Source: Minisyncoccota bacterium
Lineage (GTDB): Bacteria > Patescibacteriota > Minisyncoccia > UBA6257 > GWB1-50-10
NCBI GenBank assembly: GCA_020059585.1
Contig: JAGVBU010000004.1
Coordinates: forward strand, 16,835 to 80,834
Direction: 5' to 3'
DNA length: 64,000 nucleotides
Every line of letters begins with the position of its first letter. Within the stretch, counting starts at the first letter, position 1. Of the stretch, positions 8,245 through 17,795 are shown piece by piece. The position numbers were made by a program, and so were the translations under genes. The notes beneath the pieces are model-generated. The model saw nothing but the letters and a program-made list of their open reading frames with translations, did not search any database and was not told where the DNA came from.

Positions 8245-8871
8245 ATGAAAAAGATATTATCAATTGCTATTTTGCTATTAGTTGTTTTAGGAGTCTGGTG
8301 GTTCGTCAACGGAAAAAGAGACGAAGCAGTCGCGCCAGCAGAAAAAGAAATTGTAATGAACCAAGAAGAGAATAGTATGGTGCCTTTTGATTCAACGAAG
8401 ACATATAAGGCGGTGCTTCATACTGATAAAGGAGACATACGTGTCGCTTTTACGGCAAGCGCAACGCCGATTACCGTAAATAACTTTGTTTCTCTTGCAA
8501 AGAAAGGCTTCTACGCAAATACGATTTTTCATCGCGTTGTAGAAGGATTTATGATCCAAGGGGGAGATCCAAAGGGAGACGGAACTGGAGGTCCGGGATA
8601 TAGATTTGATGACGAACCTTTTGAGGGTGAATATGTACGGGGCACGGTCGCGATGGCAAATGCGGGACCGGATACGAACGGAAGCCAATTCTTCATTATG
8701 CACGCAGACGTACCACTTCCGAAAAATTACGTGATATTTGGAAAAGTGGAATCAGGGATGGATGTGGTCGACGCGGTCGCGACGGTACCCGTGCGGATAA
8801 GCGCATCAGGAGAAATGTCATCTCCGGTTACTCCCGTGAAGATAATTTCAGTGGAAATAATAGAAGAATAA
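8245..8871 (+). CDS. Cyclophilin-type peptidyl-prolyl isomerase with N-terminal membrane anchor
   Basis: FHRVV.GFMIQGGDP.G.G.GGPGY, AMANAGPDTNGSQFFI. Confidence 0.94.
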   Translation: MKKILSIAILLLVVLGVWWFVNGKRDEAVAPAEKEIVMNQEENSMVPFDSTKTYKAVLHTDKGDIRVAFTASATPITVNNFVSLAKKGFYANTIFHRVVEGFMIQGGDPKGDGTGGPGYRFDDEPFEGEYVRGTVAMANAGPDTNGSQFFIMHADVPLPKNYVIFGKVESGMDVVDAVATVPVRISASGEMSSPVTPVKIISVEIIEE

Positions 8872-8883
8872 TAAATTAAAATA

Positions 8884-9084
8884 ATGAGTATATTCGATCA
8901 ATTTAAAGCAGCATCCGATCTTATGAAGAATATGAGTCCTGATCAGATTTCAGAATTAATGAAACAGGCGGATGCGAGTAAAAATGAGATAGAAAACCTT
9001 GTTCGTAAAATAGTTGATGAAGAAGTGAAGAAAAAAAATTTACTTACACGGGAAGATGCGGAAAAAATTTTTGCAAAAAAATAA
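8884..9084 (+). CDS. Small hypothetical helical protein
   Basis: 66-aa ORF 12 nt after the cyclophilin gene, followed by a terminator. Confidence 0.7.
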   Translation: MSIFDQFKAASDLMKNMSPDQISELMKQADASKNEIENLVRKIVDEEVKKKNLLTREDAEKIFAKK

Positions 9085-9104
9085 TTTCTTCATTTTATTT
9101 CCAA

Positions 9105-9130
9105 AAAAACCACCCATCTGGGTGGTTTTT
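9105..9130 (+). terminator. Intrinsic terminator
   Basis: AAAAACCACCCA-TC-TGGGTGGTTTTT. Confidence 0.75.
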
Positions 9131-9144
9131 AAACGAAAAAAAAG

Positions 9145-9171
9145 TTATCCACATATTTTTTTTGATATAAT
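9145..9171 (+). promoter_or_regulatory. DnaA-box consensus overlapping an extended -10 promoter
   Basis: TTATCCACA at 9145-9153; TGATATAAT at 9163-9171. Confidence 0.55.
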
Positions 9172-9265
9172 AAATATATATACAGAATGTTTTTTTACAT
9201 TCTTCACATGCGGGAGCGCTTCGCGGGCGTGAACGCGAAAGGTCGAACCTTGAAAAAAAAATAAT

Positions 9266-9376
9266 ATGGCAAAGAAAAAAGTCAGTAAATCAAAGACGGT
9301 CAAAAAGACCGCAAAGAAGCCGGCAGCAAAGAAAGTAGTGAAAAAATCAAAGGCGAAGAAGGCGAAAAAGAAATAA
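9266..9376 (+). CDS. 36-aa lysine-rich, histone-H1-like peptide (not in ORF track)
   Basis: MAKKKVSKSKTVKKTAKKPAAKKVVKKSKAKKAKKK, with its own promoter and terminator. Confidence 0.75.
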   Translation: MAKKKVSKSKTVKKTAKKPAAKKVVKKSKAKKAKKK

Positions 9377-9407
9377 GGGCATTGGCCCCACGCTTTTCGC
9401 GTAAAGC

Positions 9408-9449
9408 AACCCGCCCCTTATTGTGTGTAGGGGGCGGGTTTGTTATTTG
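9408..9449 (+). terminator. Intrinsic terminator after the Lys-rich peptide
   Basis: AACCCGCCCCT...GGGGGCGGGTT followed by TGTTATTTG. Confidence 0.7.
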
Positions 9450-9484
9450 TTATACTGAAAGAAAGGTCGTTTTTTGACGTATAT

Positions 9485-9721
9485 ATGGAAAAAAATATAG
9501 GCACGTGGGACAAAATAATCCGTGGTATCGTGGGACTTGGGTTCATATTTTTTGCGGCTAAAGATTATATCGGATCAGACGTTTTTTCTGTGATTATTTT
9601 CATTCTTGGACTTATTCTTATTTTCGAATCAATGTTCGCGTTTTCTTTTGTGTATAAAATACTTGGTATTTCCACAAATAAAAAAGACGGTGGGGGATAC
9701 GATGCCGCTTCTTCCGCGTAA
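9485..9721 (+). CDS. DUF2892/YgaP-like small membrane protein
   Basis: MEKNIGTWDKIIR..G, two hydrophobic helices, Y.ILGIST. Confidence 0.8.
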   Translation: MEKNIGTWDKIIRGIVGLGFIFFAAKDYIGSDVFSVIIFILGLILIFESMFAFSFVYKILGISTNKKDGGGYDAASSA

Positions 9722-9739
9722 GATATATACAAAGATAGC

Positions 9740-10561
9740 ATGACGCAATCTTCAAGAGGGATACGCTCCTTTCGGATACGCGTGTCTGTTTTTTATAAAA
9801 AGAATCACCGAACGTTTCCATGGCGCGCCACTCGCAATGCGTATAAAATCTTTATTTCGGAAATAATGCTTCAACAGACGCACGTTGATCGCGTGCGTAA
9901 GAAATATCCTCAATTTTTAAAAGAATTCCCGTCTTTTTTTTCACTCGCTTCCGCGTCGCCTCGCCACGTTCTTGCGTCGTGGAATGGGCTTGGATATAAT
10001 CGACGAGCTCTTAATCTCAAAGCGGCGTCCGAAATGATTGTAAACGAGTACGGAGGACACCTCCCCCGCGATCGAGGCGCTCTTGAAGCACTTCCCGGAG
10101 TGGGGGTGGGTACTTCAGGATCCCTTATGGCTTTTGTATATAACGAACCGGTCGTGTTTATAGAAACGAATATCCGTAGAGTGTTTCTTTATCATTTTTT
10201 CAGAGACGCGGATCGTGCTATCGCGGATAGGGAAATAATGCCCCTTGTGGAGAAAACACTTGATATAGACAATCCAAGGGAATGGTACTATGCGCTCATG
10301 GATTATGGATCGTGGCTTGGAAAAACAATTGTTGAAAATCCAAATAAAAAAAGCGCGTTATATAGAAAGCAGGGGGCCTTTCATGGCTCCCGCAGGGAAT
10401 TACGAGGGCGTATTCTAAAATATGCGTTATCCCATGGGGGATATATACGTGATATATGGGCCTTTTCACGAGCTATAAAACTACCGGAAAGGAAAATCAG
10501 AGAAGTTTACGCCATAATGGCAAAAGAGGGATTTTTCCCCCGTTCAAAAAAAAGAAGATAG
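9740..10561 (+). CDS. mutY: A/G-specific adenine glycosylase (short, no Fe-S motif)
   Basis: FPWR...AY.I..SEIMLQQT.V.RV, W.GLGY.RRA.NL, HhH LPGVG. Confidence 0.9.
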   Translation: MTQSSRGIRSFRIRVSVFYKKNHRTFPWRATRNAYKIFISEIMLQQTHVDRVRKKYPQFLKEFPSFFSLASASPRHVLASWNGLGYNRRALNLKAASEMIVNEYGGHLPRDRGALEALPGVGVGTSGSLMAFVYNEPVVFIETNIRRVFLYHFFRDADRAIADREIMPLVEKTLDIDNPREWYYALMDYGSWLGKTIVENPNKKSALYRKQGAFHGSRRELRGRILKYALSHGGYIRDIWAFSRAIKLPERKIREVYAIMAKEGFFPRSKKRR

Positions 10562-10596
10562 TGTAAACTTTCTTTTTATTCTGATATTCTTTTTAT

Positions 10597-11265
10597 ATGA
10601 AAAAAATAAGTCTTGAAGAGGTGAAAAAGAATCCGCAGGTGCTCCAGTGTATCGCCGAGAGCGACAAATCTCTTGATGTGTTGGGATATACGGAGCATGG
10701 AATTCGCCACGTCTCGCTTGTTGCGGAACGCGCAGCTCGCATAAGCGATGCTCTTGGATTTGATGGCGAAGTGAGGAATCGCGCCGAAATTGCCTCATTC
10801 TGTCATGATATGGGAAACTTTATGGGAAGGACTCAGCATCATTATTGGGGAGCATTACTTTTTCACCAAATATTTTCGGAGACCATGGACGCTCACGATT
10901 GTATGAAGATTGTGCAGGCGATAGCAAACCACGATAAGGAAGAGATGAAGTTTACAAACCCCGAAGCGGCGCTTGTCGTAATAGCGGACAAATCCGATGT
11001 GCATCGTTCTCGCGTGAGAACTCAGTCGATAGAAGAAACGCGAAAAGATATCCACGATAGGGTAAATTATGCGACGACATTTTCTGATCTCGTGTATGAT
11101 AAGGAGGCTGATACGATACGCCTTATATTGTCCATTGATACGGAATTTGTTCCTATAATGGAATATTTCGAAATATTCACAGAACGTATGACGTATTGCA
11201 GAAAAGCAGCGTTATATCTTGGAAAGAGTTTCGGTATCACGATAAATAATATCGCAATGCTTTAA
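10597..11265 (+). CDS. HD-domain phosphohydrolase
   Basis: GYTEHG.RH, HDMGN, AIANHD, ADKSDVHRSR, DIHDRVNYA. Confidence 0.9.
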   Translation: MKKISLEEVKKNPQVLQCIAESDKSLDVLGYTEHGIRHVSLVAERAARISDALGFDGEVRNRAEIASFCHDMGNFMGRTQHHYWGALLFHQIFSETMDAHDCMKIVQAIANHDKEEMKFTNPEAALVVIADKSDVHRSRVRTQSIEETRKDIHDRVNYATTFSDLVYDKEADTIRLILSIDTEFVPIMEYFEIFTERMTYCRKAALYLGKSFGITINNIAML

Positions 11266-11274
11266 GAATATATT

Positions 11275-11601
11275 ATGGAAAAAATACATTTTGATGAATT
11301 CAAAAAAATAGAACTTCGAGTCGGGAAAATAATAGACGCGGAGGATATTCCGGAATCAGAAAAACTTGTAAAACTCAAGGTCCGTTTAGAGAGTGAGGAT
11401 CGTCAGATCATTGCGGGAATAAAGAAATCGTATCCTCCGAGCACGCTCATAGGAAAGGAAGTGATAGTGGTTGCTAATCTAGCCACTCGTACAATGATCG
11501 GATACGAAAGCGATGGGATGCTTCTTGCGACGCGCGATGGCGACGACATTGTACTTTTGCGTCCCGAACGAGATGTTCCCGAAGGGTCGTCTGTGAGCTG
11601 A
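11275..11601 (+). CDS. Stand-alone tRNA-binding OB-fold protein (Trbp111/CsaA/MetG C-terminal-like)
   Basis: F.KIELRVG.I, RQIIAGI, VANL..R.M.G.ES.GMLLA. Confidence 0.9.
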   Translation: MEKIHFDEFKKIELRVGKIIDAEDIPESEKLVKLKVRLESEDRQIIAGIKKSYPPSTLIGKEVIVVANLATRTMIGYESDGMLLATRDGDDIVLLRPERDVPEGSSVS

Positions 11602-11604
11602 CGG

Positions 11605-12978
11605 TTATTTTATCTCAACGTTAAAGAGGGAGAACACCGTGCCTTCTTTTTTTATGATATTGAGGCGCGCGGAGTCATCGAGAAAAATATCATGAACGTT
11701 TTCGATGATTGTTGCGGTATTTGCCGTTCCTCTCGGATCAAGTTCCACCGCGAGAAGCGATCCATTTGTCTTGATAAATGCGTGTGAATCAAATGCGGGA
11801 ATCCAGAGTATTGTATCTCCGAGCTTGTAGCGGTTCGAAACGAGAATTTCGGTCACGCTTCCTTTTGGTAATTTGAGATCTCCATCGTCCTTTTCCGCGT
11901 AGTACACAAATATCTTTTTATCGTTATTCATCCAGATAAGCTTCGTTCCGTCAGAAGACAGGGCAAACGTCGCGGCGCGGTCTCCTACGCGCAGAAGCGT
12001 TTCAGCGCTCCGATCATAAAGAAACAGCGATCCCTCAGTGTCCTCAAATGCAATGCGGGATCCCGAGTCGTCTATCGATATTTCTGATATTAACTCGGTA
12101 CTTGTTGTCATTATGAACGAGAAGTTGTTCTTTAAAAGAAGGTTTGTTCCTTGAACAAAACCGTCTTTGCTGATGCCGAATACGGTGCTTCCGCGTATAA
12201 CAAGGAAGTCCATCGTAGAGGTGCTCAAAGTCATTTTTTCTATCATTATTCTTTTTAAATCAATTGAATATATGGATTGTTCCGTGGCAATTATTACTTT
12301 TTCATCGCTAAACGGATGTATCCGTGCGTGGCGTATTTTCACATTTCCTGGAAGTTCAAGCTGCCTCGTTTTTAGTGAGTTAAATATTTCATACAGATTT
12401 ATCGCGCCCTCAGGATTCTCGGTGTCTGTGAAAAACAAGTGTCCTTTTTCGGTTTCCGTGATAATCCACTTTGAATCGTTTTTCGCCGCGAATACGGAAT
12501 CTCCGCGTAATTGCTTTCCGTATACGGTAAGATTTCCTTTCTCATCTTTCAGCACTGTCGCGTTTGCCACGGGGGAAAAATAAGGGGTAGTTGCAGTCGC
12601 GACAAGTTCGTGCGTTGGAGAGATATTCCAAAGTCTTATATTACTCGCGGAAGTGATTATTCCGGACAAAACATTGAGATCTTTTTCCCATCCCACGGTA
12701 CCTTTTTTTTCTATCGCGACATGATAGATATCGGGGATAAGATCATCAATAAGAACCCCCCTGTTCAGTATCCCCGGAGATTCGCGTACTATTTCTCCGT
12801 TCAGTGATACGATTGCGTCCGAAGGGATGAATTTCAGATAGATCCCCCCCGTTTTCACGAGCCGTACTTTTTCCCAGTCAAAAACGAATCCCTGCGTGGA
12901 GACAATAAGGTATGCTCCCCATACAAGGAATATAAGCGCAAAAAAATAATATAGAAGCTTCCTTCTTTTTAAGTTCAT
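11605..12978 (-). CDS. Membrane-anchored PEGA-domain protein with a probable beta-propeller
   Basis: N-terminal TM helix, 'KTGGIYL...PSDA.V.LNG', 'L.P..Y.V.I.K.G...W.K'; beta-rich C-terminus. Confidence 0.75.
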   Translation of the reverse strand: MNLKRRKLLYYFFALIFLVWGAYLIVSTQGFVFDWEKVRLVKTGGIYLKFIPSDAIVSLNGEIVRESPGILNRGVLIDDLIPDIYHVAIEKKGTVGWEKDLNVLSGIITSASNIRLWNISPTHELVATATTPYFSPVANATVLKDEKGNLTVYGKQLRGDSVFAAKNDSKWIITETEKGHLFFTDTENPEGAINLYEIFNSLKTRQLELPGNVKIRHARIHPFSDEKVIIATEQSIYSIDLKRIMIEKMTLSTSTMDFLVIRGSTVFGISKDGFVQGTNLLLKNNFSFIMTTSTELISEISIDDSGSRIAFEDTEGSLFLYDRSAETLLRVGDRAATFALSSDGTKLIWMNNDKKIFVYYAEKDDGDLKLPKGSVTEILVSNRYKLGDTILWIPAFDSHAFIKTNGSLLAVELDPRGTANTATIIENVHDIFLDDSARLNIIKKEGTVFSLFNVEIK

Positions 12979-13090
12979 ATATGTGTATACGTCTACGGTA
13001 TATTATTTTCGTGGAATCCGCAAAACGTTTCTGGGGGAAAGTTGAATTTGGAAGGAATAGAGATTAGAGTAATTGCATACAAGAATAATT

Positions 13091-14098
13091 ATGTTTGTAC
13101 GAAAAATAGGCATTGATCTCGGAACCACGAATACGCTCGTATTCCTTCCTGATAAGGGGATAGTGATAAACGAGCCTACGGTAGTTGCCTTGAGAAAACC
13201 CGACAATACGGTACTCGCGGTCGGAGCGGAAGCGAAAGAAATGGTGGGACGAACCCCCGACGATATCGTGACGTATAAGCCGTTAAAGGACGGCGTTATC
13301 GCGGAATATTATATTACCGAAGCAATGCTCCGTTATTTTATCTCGAAGAGCGTGGGAAGTTTCAATATATTCAGACCGGAGGTTGTCATTTCAGTTCCCG
13401 CTGGAATTACTTCGACGGAATATCGTGCGGTTATGAACGCCGCAAAAGAAGCTGGTGCGCGAGAAGTGTATCTCGTGAAAGAGCCTCTTCTTGCGTCACT
13501 TGGCGCGGGAATCCCCATTCATTCTTCGGAGGGTAACATGATTGTAAACATCGGAGGGGGTACAACCGAGGTTGCGGTGATATCGCTTGGGGGTATTGTG
13601 GCGTGGTCAAGTCTGCGCGTCGCGGGAAATCGCTTCGATCATTCCATTATTGAATATATAAAGAAAAAATACGGACTCGCGATTGGGGAGGGAACCGCGG
13701 AGAATATAAAAATAACAATAGGAACGGCAATTCCGAATAAAAACAAAACGGAAATGAAGATACGGGGAAGGGATATTTCCTCCGGTCTTCCCAAGGATCT
13801 TGTTATTAATTCAAATGAGATTGCTGAGGCGGTGAATCCTCATCTTGTTGATATTATCAACTCGGTTCAATCGGTTTTTAACGTGACACCGCCCGAGCTT
13901 GCTGCGGATATTATGGAAAAAGGCGTCATTATGTCGGGGGGAAGCTCCCAGCTTAGGGATTTTGAGGAGTTTTTCAAGCGTTCGCTTGGGGTTGCGGCAT
14001 ATGTCGCGGAAGAGCCCATACTCTGCGTCGCGAAGGGAACCGCGACCGTGTTGAATCATCTTGATGTGTATAAAAGGACGCTCCTGAACAGGAGATAA
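13091..14098 (+). CDS. mreB: Rod shape-determining actin MreB/Mbl (paralog 1)
   Basis: IGIDLGTTNT, NEPTVVA, PLKDGVIA, IGGGTTEVAVISLGG, TPPELAADI. Confidence 0.95.
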   Translation: MFVRKIGIDLGTTNTLVFLPDKGIVINEPTVVALRKPDNTVLAVGAEAKEMVGRTPDDIVTYKPLKDGVIAEYYITEAMLRYFISKSVGSFNIFRPEVVISVPAGITSTEYRAVMNAAKEAGAREVYLVKEPLLASLGAGIPIHSSEGNMIVNIGGGTTEVAVISLGGIVAWSSLRVAGNRFDHSIIEYIKKKYGLAIGEGTAENIKITIGTAIPNKNKTEMKIRGRDISSGLPKDLVINSNEIAEAVNPHLVDIINSVQSVFNVTPPELAADIMEKGVIMSGGSSQLRDFEEFFKRSLGVAAYVAEEPILCVAKGTATVLNHLDVYKRTLLNRR

Positions 14099-14099
14099 T

Positions 14100-14888
14100 A
14101 TGCTTCTTGGACACGAGTCAAAAGAGGAAGATTTCAAAAACGCCGTTGCGTCGGGAGCGCTTGGGCACGCGTATCTTTTTTTTGGAGACGCGCACATAGG
14201 GAAGTGCGCGTTTGCGAAGTCATTCGCGAATTTTCTCGAGAATGGATCTTTTTGTATTCCTTTCGAGCCTCTTATTGATACCCGAGTGTTCACGAAGAAC
14301 GAAAAAGGAACTATTTCCATAGATGAAATGCGCGAACTGAAAAAGTTTCTTTCGCAGCATCCGTTCAAATCCTCGAGAAAAATAGCAATTGTCGATGATG
14401 CGGAAAAACTTACTGAGGAGGCTCAGGCATCCCTCTTAAAGATAGTTGAGGAACCTCCGGTGAGTAGTCTCATTATTTTTATCGCTCCGAGTGATGATAT
14501 ACTCTTTCGTCCGCTCATATCCCGTCTTTCGAAGATATATTTTTCTCGGGTATCTCCGGACGCCATAGAACGGGGCCTTATAATGCTTTATAATGTGGAC
14601 AAGCAGATTGCGAAAGAAGTTGCAGCACGTTCTTTTGGACGAATGGGACTTGCGGTTGTCGATGCGTTAGAGGAGGACACGCGCACAAAAGAAGAAAAAA
14701 GCGTGGCAGATGAAATTGAAGAACGCATACTTTCCCATTATGTTCAAAATTCTTTCAGCCAATCGAAAATGCTTGAAGAGCTTATAAAGAAGGAAACCGT
14801 ATGTAGACGCTTCAATCTTAATCCGTCGTTACAAAAAAAAGCGATTAACACTATAGTAGAAATAAAGAAAAATGGAAGATATTCTTAA
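14100..14888 (+). CDS. holB: DNA polymerase III delta-prime subunit
   Basis: HAYLFFG...IGK, ISIDEMR, IVDDAEKLT.EAQ.SLLK..EEPP, SR motif. Confidence 0.88.
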   Translation: MLLGHESKEEDFKNAVASGALGHAYLFFGDAHIGKCAFAKSFANFLENGSFCIPFEPLIDTRVFTKNEKGTISIDEMRELKKFLSQHPFKSSRKIAIVDDAEKLTEEAQASLLKIVEEPPVSSLIIFIAPSDDILFRPLISRLSKIYFSRVSPDAIERGLIMLYNVDKQIAKEVAARSFGRMGLAVVDALEEDTRTKEEKSVADEIEERILSHYVQNSFSQSKMLEELIKKETVCRRFNLNPSLQKKAINTIVEIKKNGRYS

Positions 14889-15423
14889 AAAAATAGAAAA
14901 ACAGCTTCATGCGGTACGCGATGCGTTTCGTAAGGAGATTGCCGGAGTTCGGACAAATCGTCCGAGTACTGCGATTATTGAGGACATAAAGGTGTCGTAT
15001 TATGACCAGCTTACTCCGGTGAAGCACCTTGGATCGGTTGGGGTGGTGCCCCCAAGAGAAATACATGTGCAGGTGTGGGACAAGGGAGCCGTACAATCCG
15101 TAGCAAAGGCAATTGAAGGGGCATCGCTTGGGTTTTCAGCGACCATCGAGGGGAACATGGTTCGAATCTTTCTCCCTGAGTTAAGCGAAGAACGCCGTGA
15201 AGAACTTATAAAATTCGTAAAAAAAATCTCCGAACAACATCGTATTCAAATCCGCCACGTGCGGGATGAGGGGAATAAAGACGTTCAAAAAATGCTTGAT
15301 GACGGTCTTTGTGGAGAAGATGATCGGTTTAAAGGAAGGGAACGTATTCAAAAATTGGTTGATATCGCGAACGAATGGATTGAATCCGATTGTGAATTGA
15401 AAATAAAGGAAATCAAAGAATAA
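14872..15423 (+). CDS. frr: Ribosome recycling factor
   Basis: VRTNRP, I.V.YY, WDK....AKAI, PELSEERR.EL, IR.VR. Confidence 0.95.
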   Translation: MEDILKKIEKQLHAVRDAFRKEIAGVRTNRPSTAIIEDIKVSYYDQLTPVKHLGSVGVVPPREIHVQVWDKGAVQSVAKAIEGASLGFSATIEGNMVRIFLPELSEERREELIKFVKKISEQHRIQIRHVRDEGNKDVQKMLDDGLCGEDDRFKGRERIQKLVDIANEWIESDCELKIKEIKE

Positions 15424-15424
15424 A

Positions 15425-16489
15425 ATGCTTGAGATAATTCTTATTATAATCGCGCTTTCCGTGCTTATCATCGCGCATGAAGCAGGCCATTTTTTTTCTG
15501 CAAAATTTTTCCGTGTGCGCGTAGACGAATTCGGAATAGGGTTTCCCCCTCGCGTATTCGGAAAGAAAATTGGCAAGACGCTTTATAGCATAAACGCGCT
15601 TCCTTTGGGAGGATTTGTCAAAATCTTCGGAGAACATGGTCCTTCGGAAGATACACCCCTGGATGATAAGGAGGGGGAGGTATCGTTTTCTTCCATATCC
15701 TTGAGCCGGCGCGCGGTTATCCTCTTAGGAGGCATTATTATGAATATTATCGTGGGATGGATGCTTCTGAGCGCGGTATTGATGATAGGAATACCCTTTC
15801 ATCTTGGCGTGAATGAAATTGTGGAAAATTCTCCGGCTGCATCTGCGGGAATTTCTCCCGGCGATTTTATTCTTGAAATCTCGCGCGGAAGCGACATTCT
15901 TTATGATCCGATTTCTCCTGAAGATTTTAAGGAATTCATCGCTGCTTCGGGAGAAAATGAGGTGAATATTGTTATTCAGCGCGGAGAAGAGGAAATTTCC
16001 GTTTCTTTGCAAGGAAGAGTAAATCCGCCCGAGGGGGAAGGGTCTCTTGGCGTATCTATTTCAATGTTTGGTGTTCCGCGTGAAGGATTTTTCTCCGCGC
16101 TTGTGCATGGCGCGCGGGAAACCGCGGACGCGCTTGGAACAATCGTGAAAGGTTTTTATCATCTTCTCTCAAATATTTTTTCCTCTCCCGAAATCGCAAA
16201 AGATCTTTCTGGTCCCGTAGGAATCGTTATGATTGCGAAATGGGCGGGAGATATGGGATTTGTCTTTTTCCTTCAGCTTATGGCCCTTATTTCCCTGAAT
16301 CTCGCGATATTCAATCTCATTCCATTTCCCGCGCTCGACGGGGGAAGGGTAGTACTTCTTCTTGTCGAATGGATTACGCGATCGCCCGTTTCGGATCGCG
16401 TACAAACAGCGATAAATGCGGGAGGCCTACTCCTTCTTCTTGCGCTTATGATATTCGTGACCATACAGGACGTGGGAAGATTTTTCTAA
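15425..16489 (+). CDS. rseP: RIP metalloprotease RseP (M50, PDZ)
   Basis: HEAGHF, EFGIGFPP, PLGGFVKI, SGPVGI, NLIPFPALDGG. Confidence 0.94.
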   Translation: MLEIILIIIALSVLIIAHEAGHFFSAKFFRVRVDEFGIGFPPRVFGKKIGKTLYSINALPLGGFVKIFGEHGPSEDTPLDDKEGEVSFSSISLSRRAVILLGGIIMNIIVGWMLLSAVLMIGIPFHLGVNEIVENSPAASAGISPGDFILEISRGSDILYDPISPEDFKEFIAASGENEVNIVIQRGEEEISVSLQGRVNPPEGEGSLGVSISMFGVPREGFFSALVHGARETADALGTIVKGFYHLLSNIFSSPEIAKDLSGPVGIVMIAKWAGDMGFVFFLQLMALISLNLAIFNLIPFPALDGGRVVLLLVEWITRSPVSDRVQTAINAGGLLLLLALMIFVTIQDVGRFF

Positions 16490-16543
16490 AAGGACTGATT
16501 GTAAAAGCCGGTTTTGTCTGCTAGGATACAGGTATATTTTTGT

Positions 16544-17791
16544 ATGCGACAATCACAATTATTTCTTAAAACGCGCAAAGACTTTCCGAAAGACGAGGTT
16601 GCGATAAATGCACAACTCCTTATTCGCGGTGGATTCATTGAGAAACTTATGTCGGGAGTGTATTCATTTCTTCCGCTTGGTTTCCGCGTTCGTGACAACA
16701 TTATGTCCGTTATTCGTAGTGAAATGAATGCTCTTGGCGCCGAGATGATTATGCCCGCGCTTCACCCTCGCGCGGTGTGGGAGGTGACGGGGCGATGGAA
16801 AAAGATGGAAAGTATCATGTATCAGTTTAAAGATCACTCAGGGAAGGAGGTGGGTCTTGGTCCCACGCACGAAGAGATAATCGCGCTTATCGCGAAACCG
16901 GTTATCGAATCATATGCAGATCTTCCTCTCGCGGTATATCAGATCCAAACGAAATTCCGAGACGAAGCACGTGCGAAATCTGGGCTCTTGCGCGGAAGAG
17001 AGTTTACTATGAAAGATTTGTACAGTTTTCATGCGGATAGCGCATCCCTTGATATATATTACAACGAAGTGAAAAAAGCATACTTGAATGTCTTTTCGCG
17101 TTGCGGTCTTAGGGCGTTCGTAACAGAAGCATCTGGAGGTGATTTTTCGAAGGAATATTCGCACGAATTTATGGTTGCCGCGGATGCGGGAGAGGATGTG
17201 ACATATCTCTGCCGCTTATGCGGATTTGCTCAAAATAAGGAGATTGCGAAAGCAAAGAAGGGGGGCGCATGTCCCACATGCAAAGATGGAGTGGTGGAGG
17301 AAGTGAAAACAATAGAGGTGGGAAATATATTCAAGCTTGGTACGAGATTTTCCGAGCCCGTGAAACTCCTTTTCCGAGATGAAAAGGGAGGAATGAAGCC
17401 CGTAATCATGGCATCGTATGGGATAGGAGTAGAGCGGCTTATGGGAACTATTGTTGAGGGTTCCCATGATGATCGCGGAATTGTCTGGCCCGAGTCTGTC
17501 GCTCCTTTCCGAGTGCACCTTGTATGTATTGAAGGCGATGCAGATGTTTCAGAATTCTGCAAAAAAACATATGAGCGTTTTTTGAAAGAGGGAATTGATG
17601 TGCTTTATGATGATAGGAAAGAGGTATCTGCCGGAGAAAAGTTTTTTGATGCGGATCTCATAGGTATTCCTTGGCGCGCGGTTGTGAGTCAAAAAACGTG
17701 CGCCCACGGAAAGATTGAAGTGAAGCGTCGCAACGAGAAAGAGGCGACGCTTGTGAAAGTCGATGAGTTTTTAAAAATGATGAAAAAATAA
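16544..17791 (+). CDS. proS: Proline--tRNA ligase (short, no INS editing domain)
   Basis: MRQS..F..T, LGPTHEE, QTKFRDE.R...GLLRGREF.MKD.YSF, MASYGIG. Confidence 0.96.
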   Translation: MRQSQLFLKTRKDFPKDEVAINAQLLIRGGFIEKLMSGVYSFLPLGFRVRDNIMSVIRSEMNALGAEMIMPALHPRAVWEVTGRWKKMESIMYQFKDHSGKEVGLGPTHEEIIALIAKPVIESYADLPLAVYQIQTKFRDEARAKSGLLRGREFTMKDLYSFHADSASLDIYYNEVKKAYLNVFSRCGLRAFVTEASGGDFSKEYSHEFMVAADAGEDVTYLCRLCGFAQNKEIAKAKKGGACPTCKDGVVEEVKTIEVGNIFKLGTRFSEPVKLLFRDEKGGMKPVIMASYGIGVERLMGTIVEGSHDDRGIVWPESVAPFRVHLVCIEGDADVSEFCKKTYERFLKEGIDVLYDDRKEVSAGEKFFDADLIGIPWRAVVSQKTCAHGKIEVKRRNEKEATLVKVDEFLKMMKK

Positions 17792-17795
17792 CCGT

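Noticed and set aside
9145-9181. Replication origin
   Set aside because: Single DnaA box, no cluster, and no dnaA or dnaN nearby.
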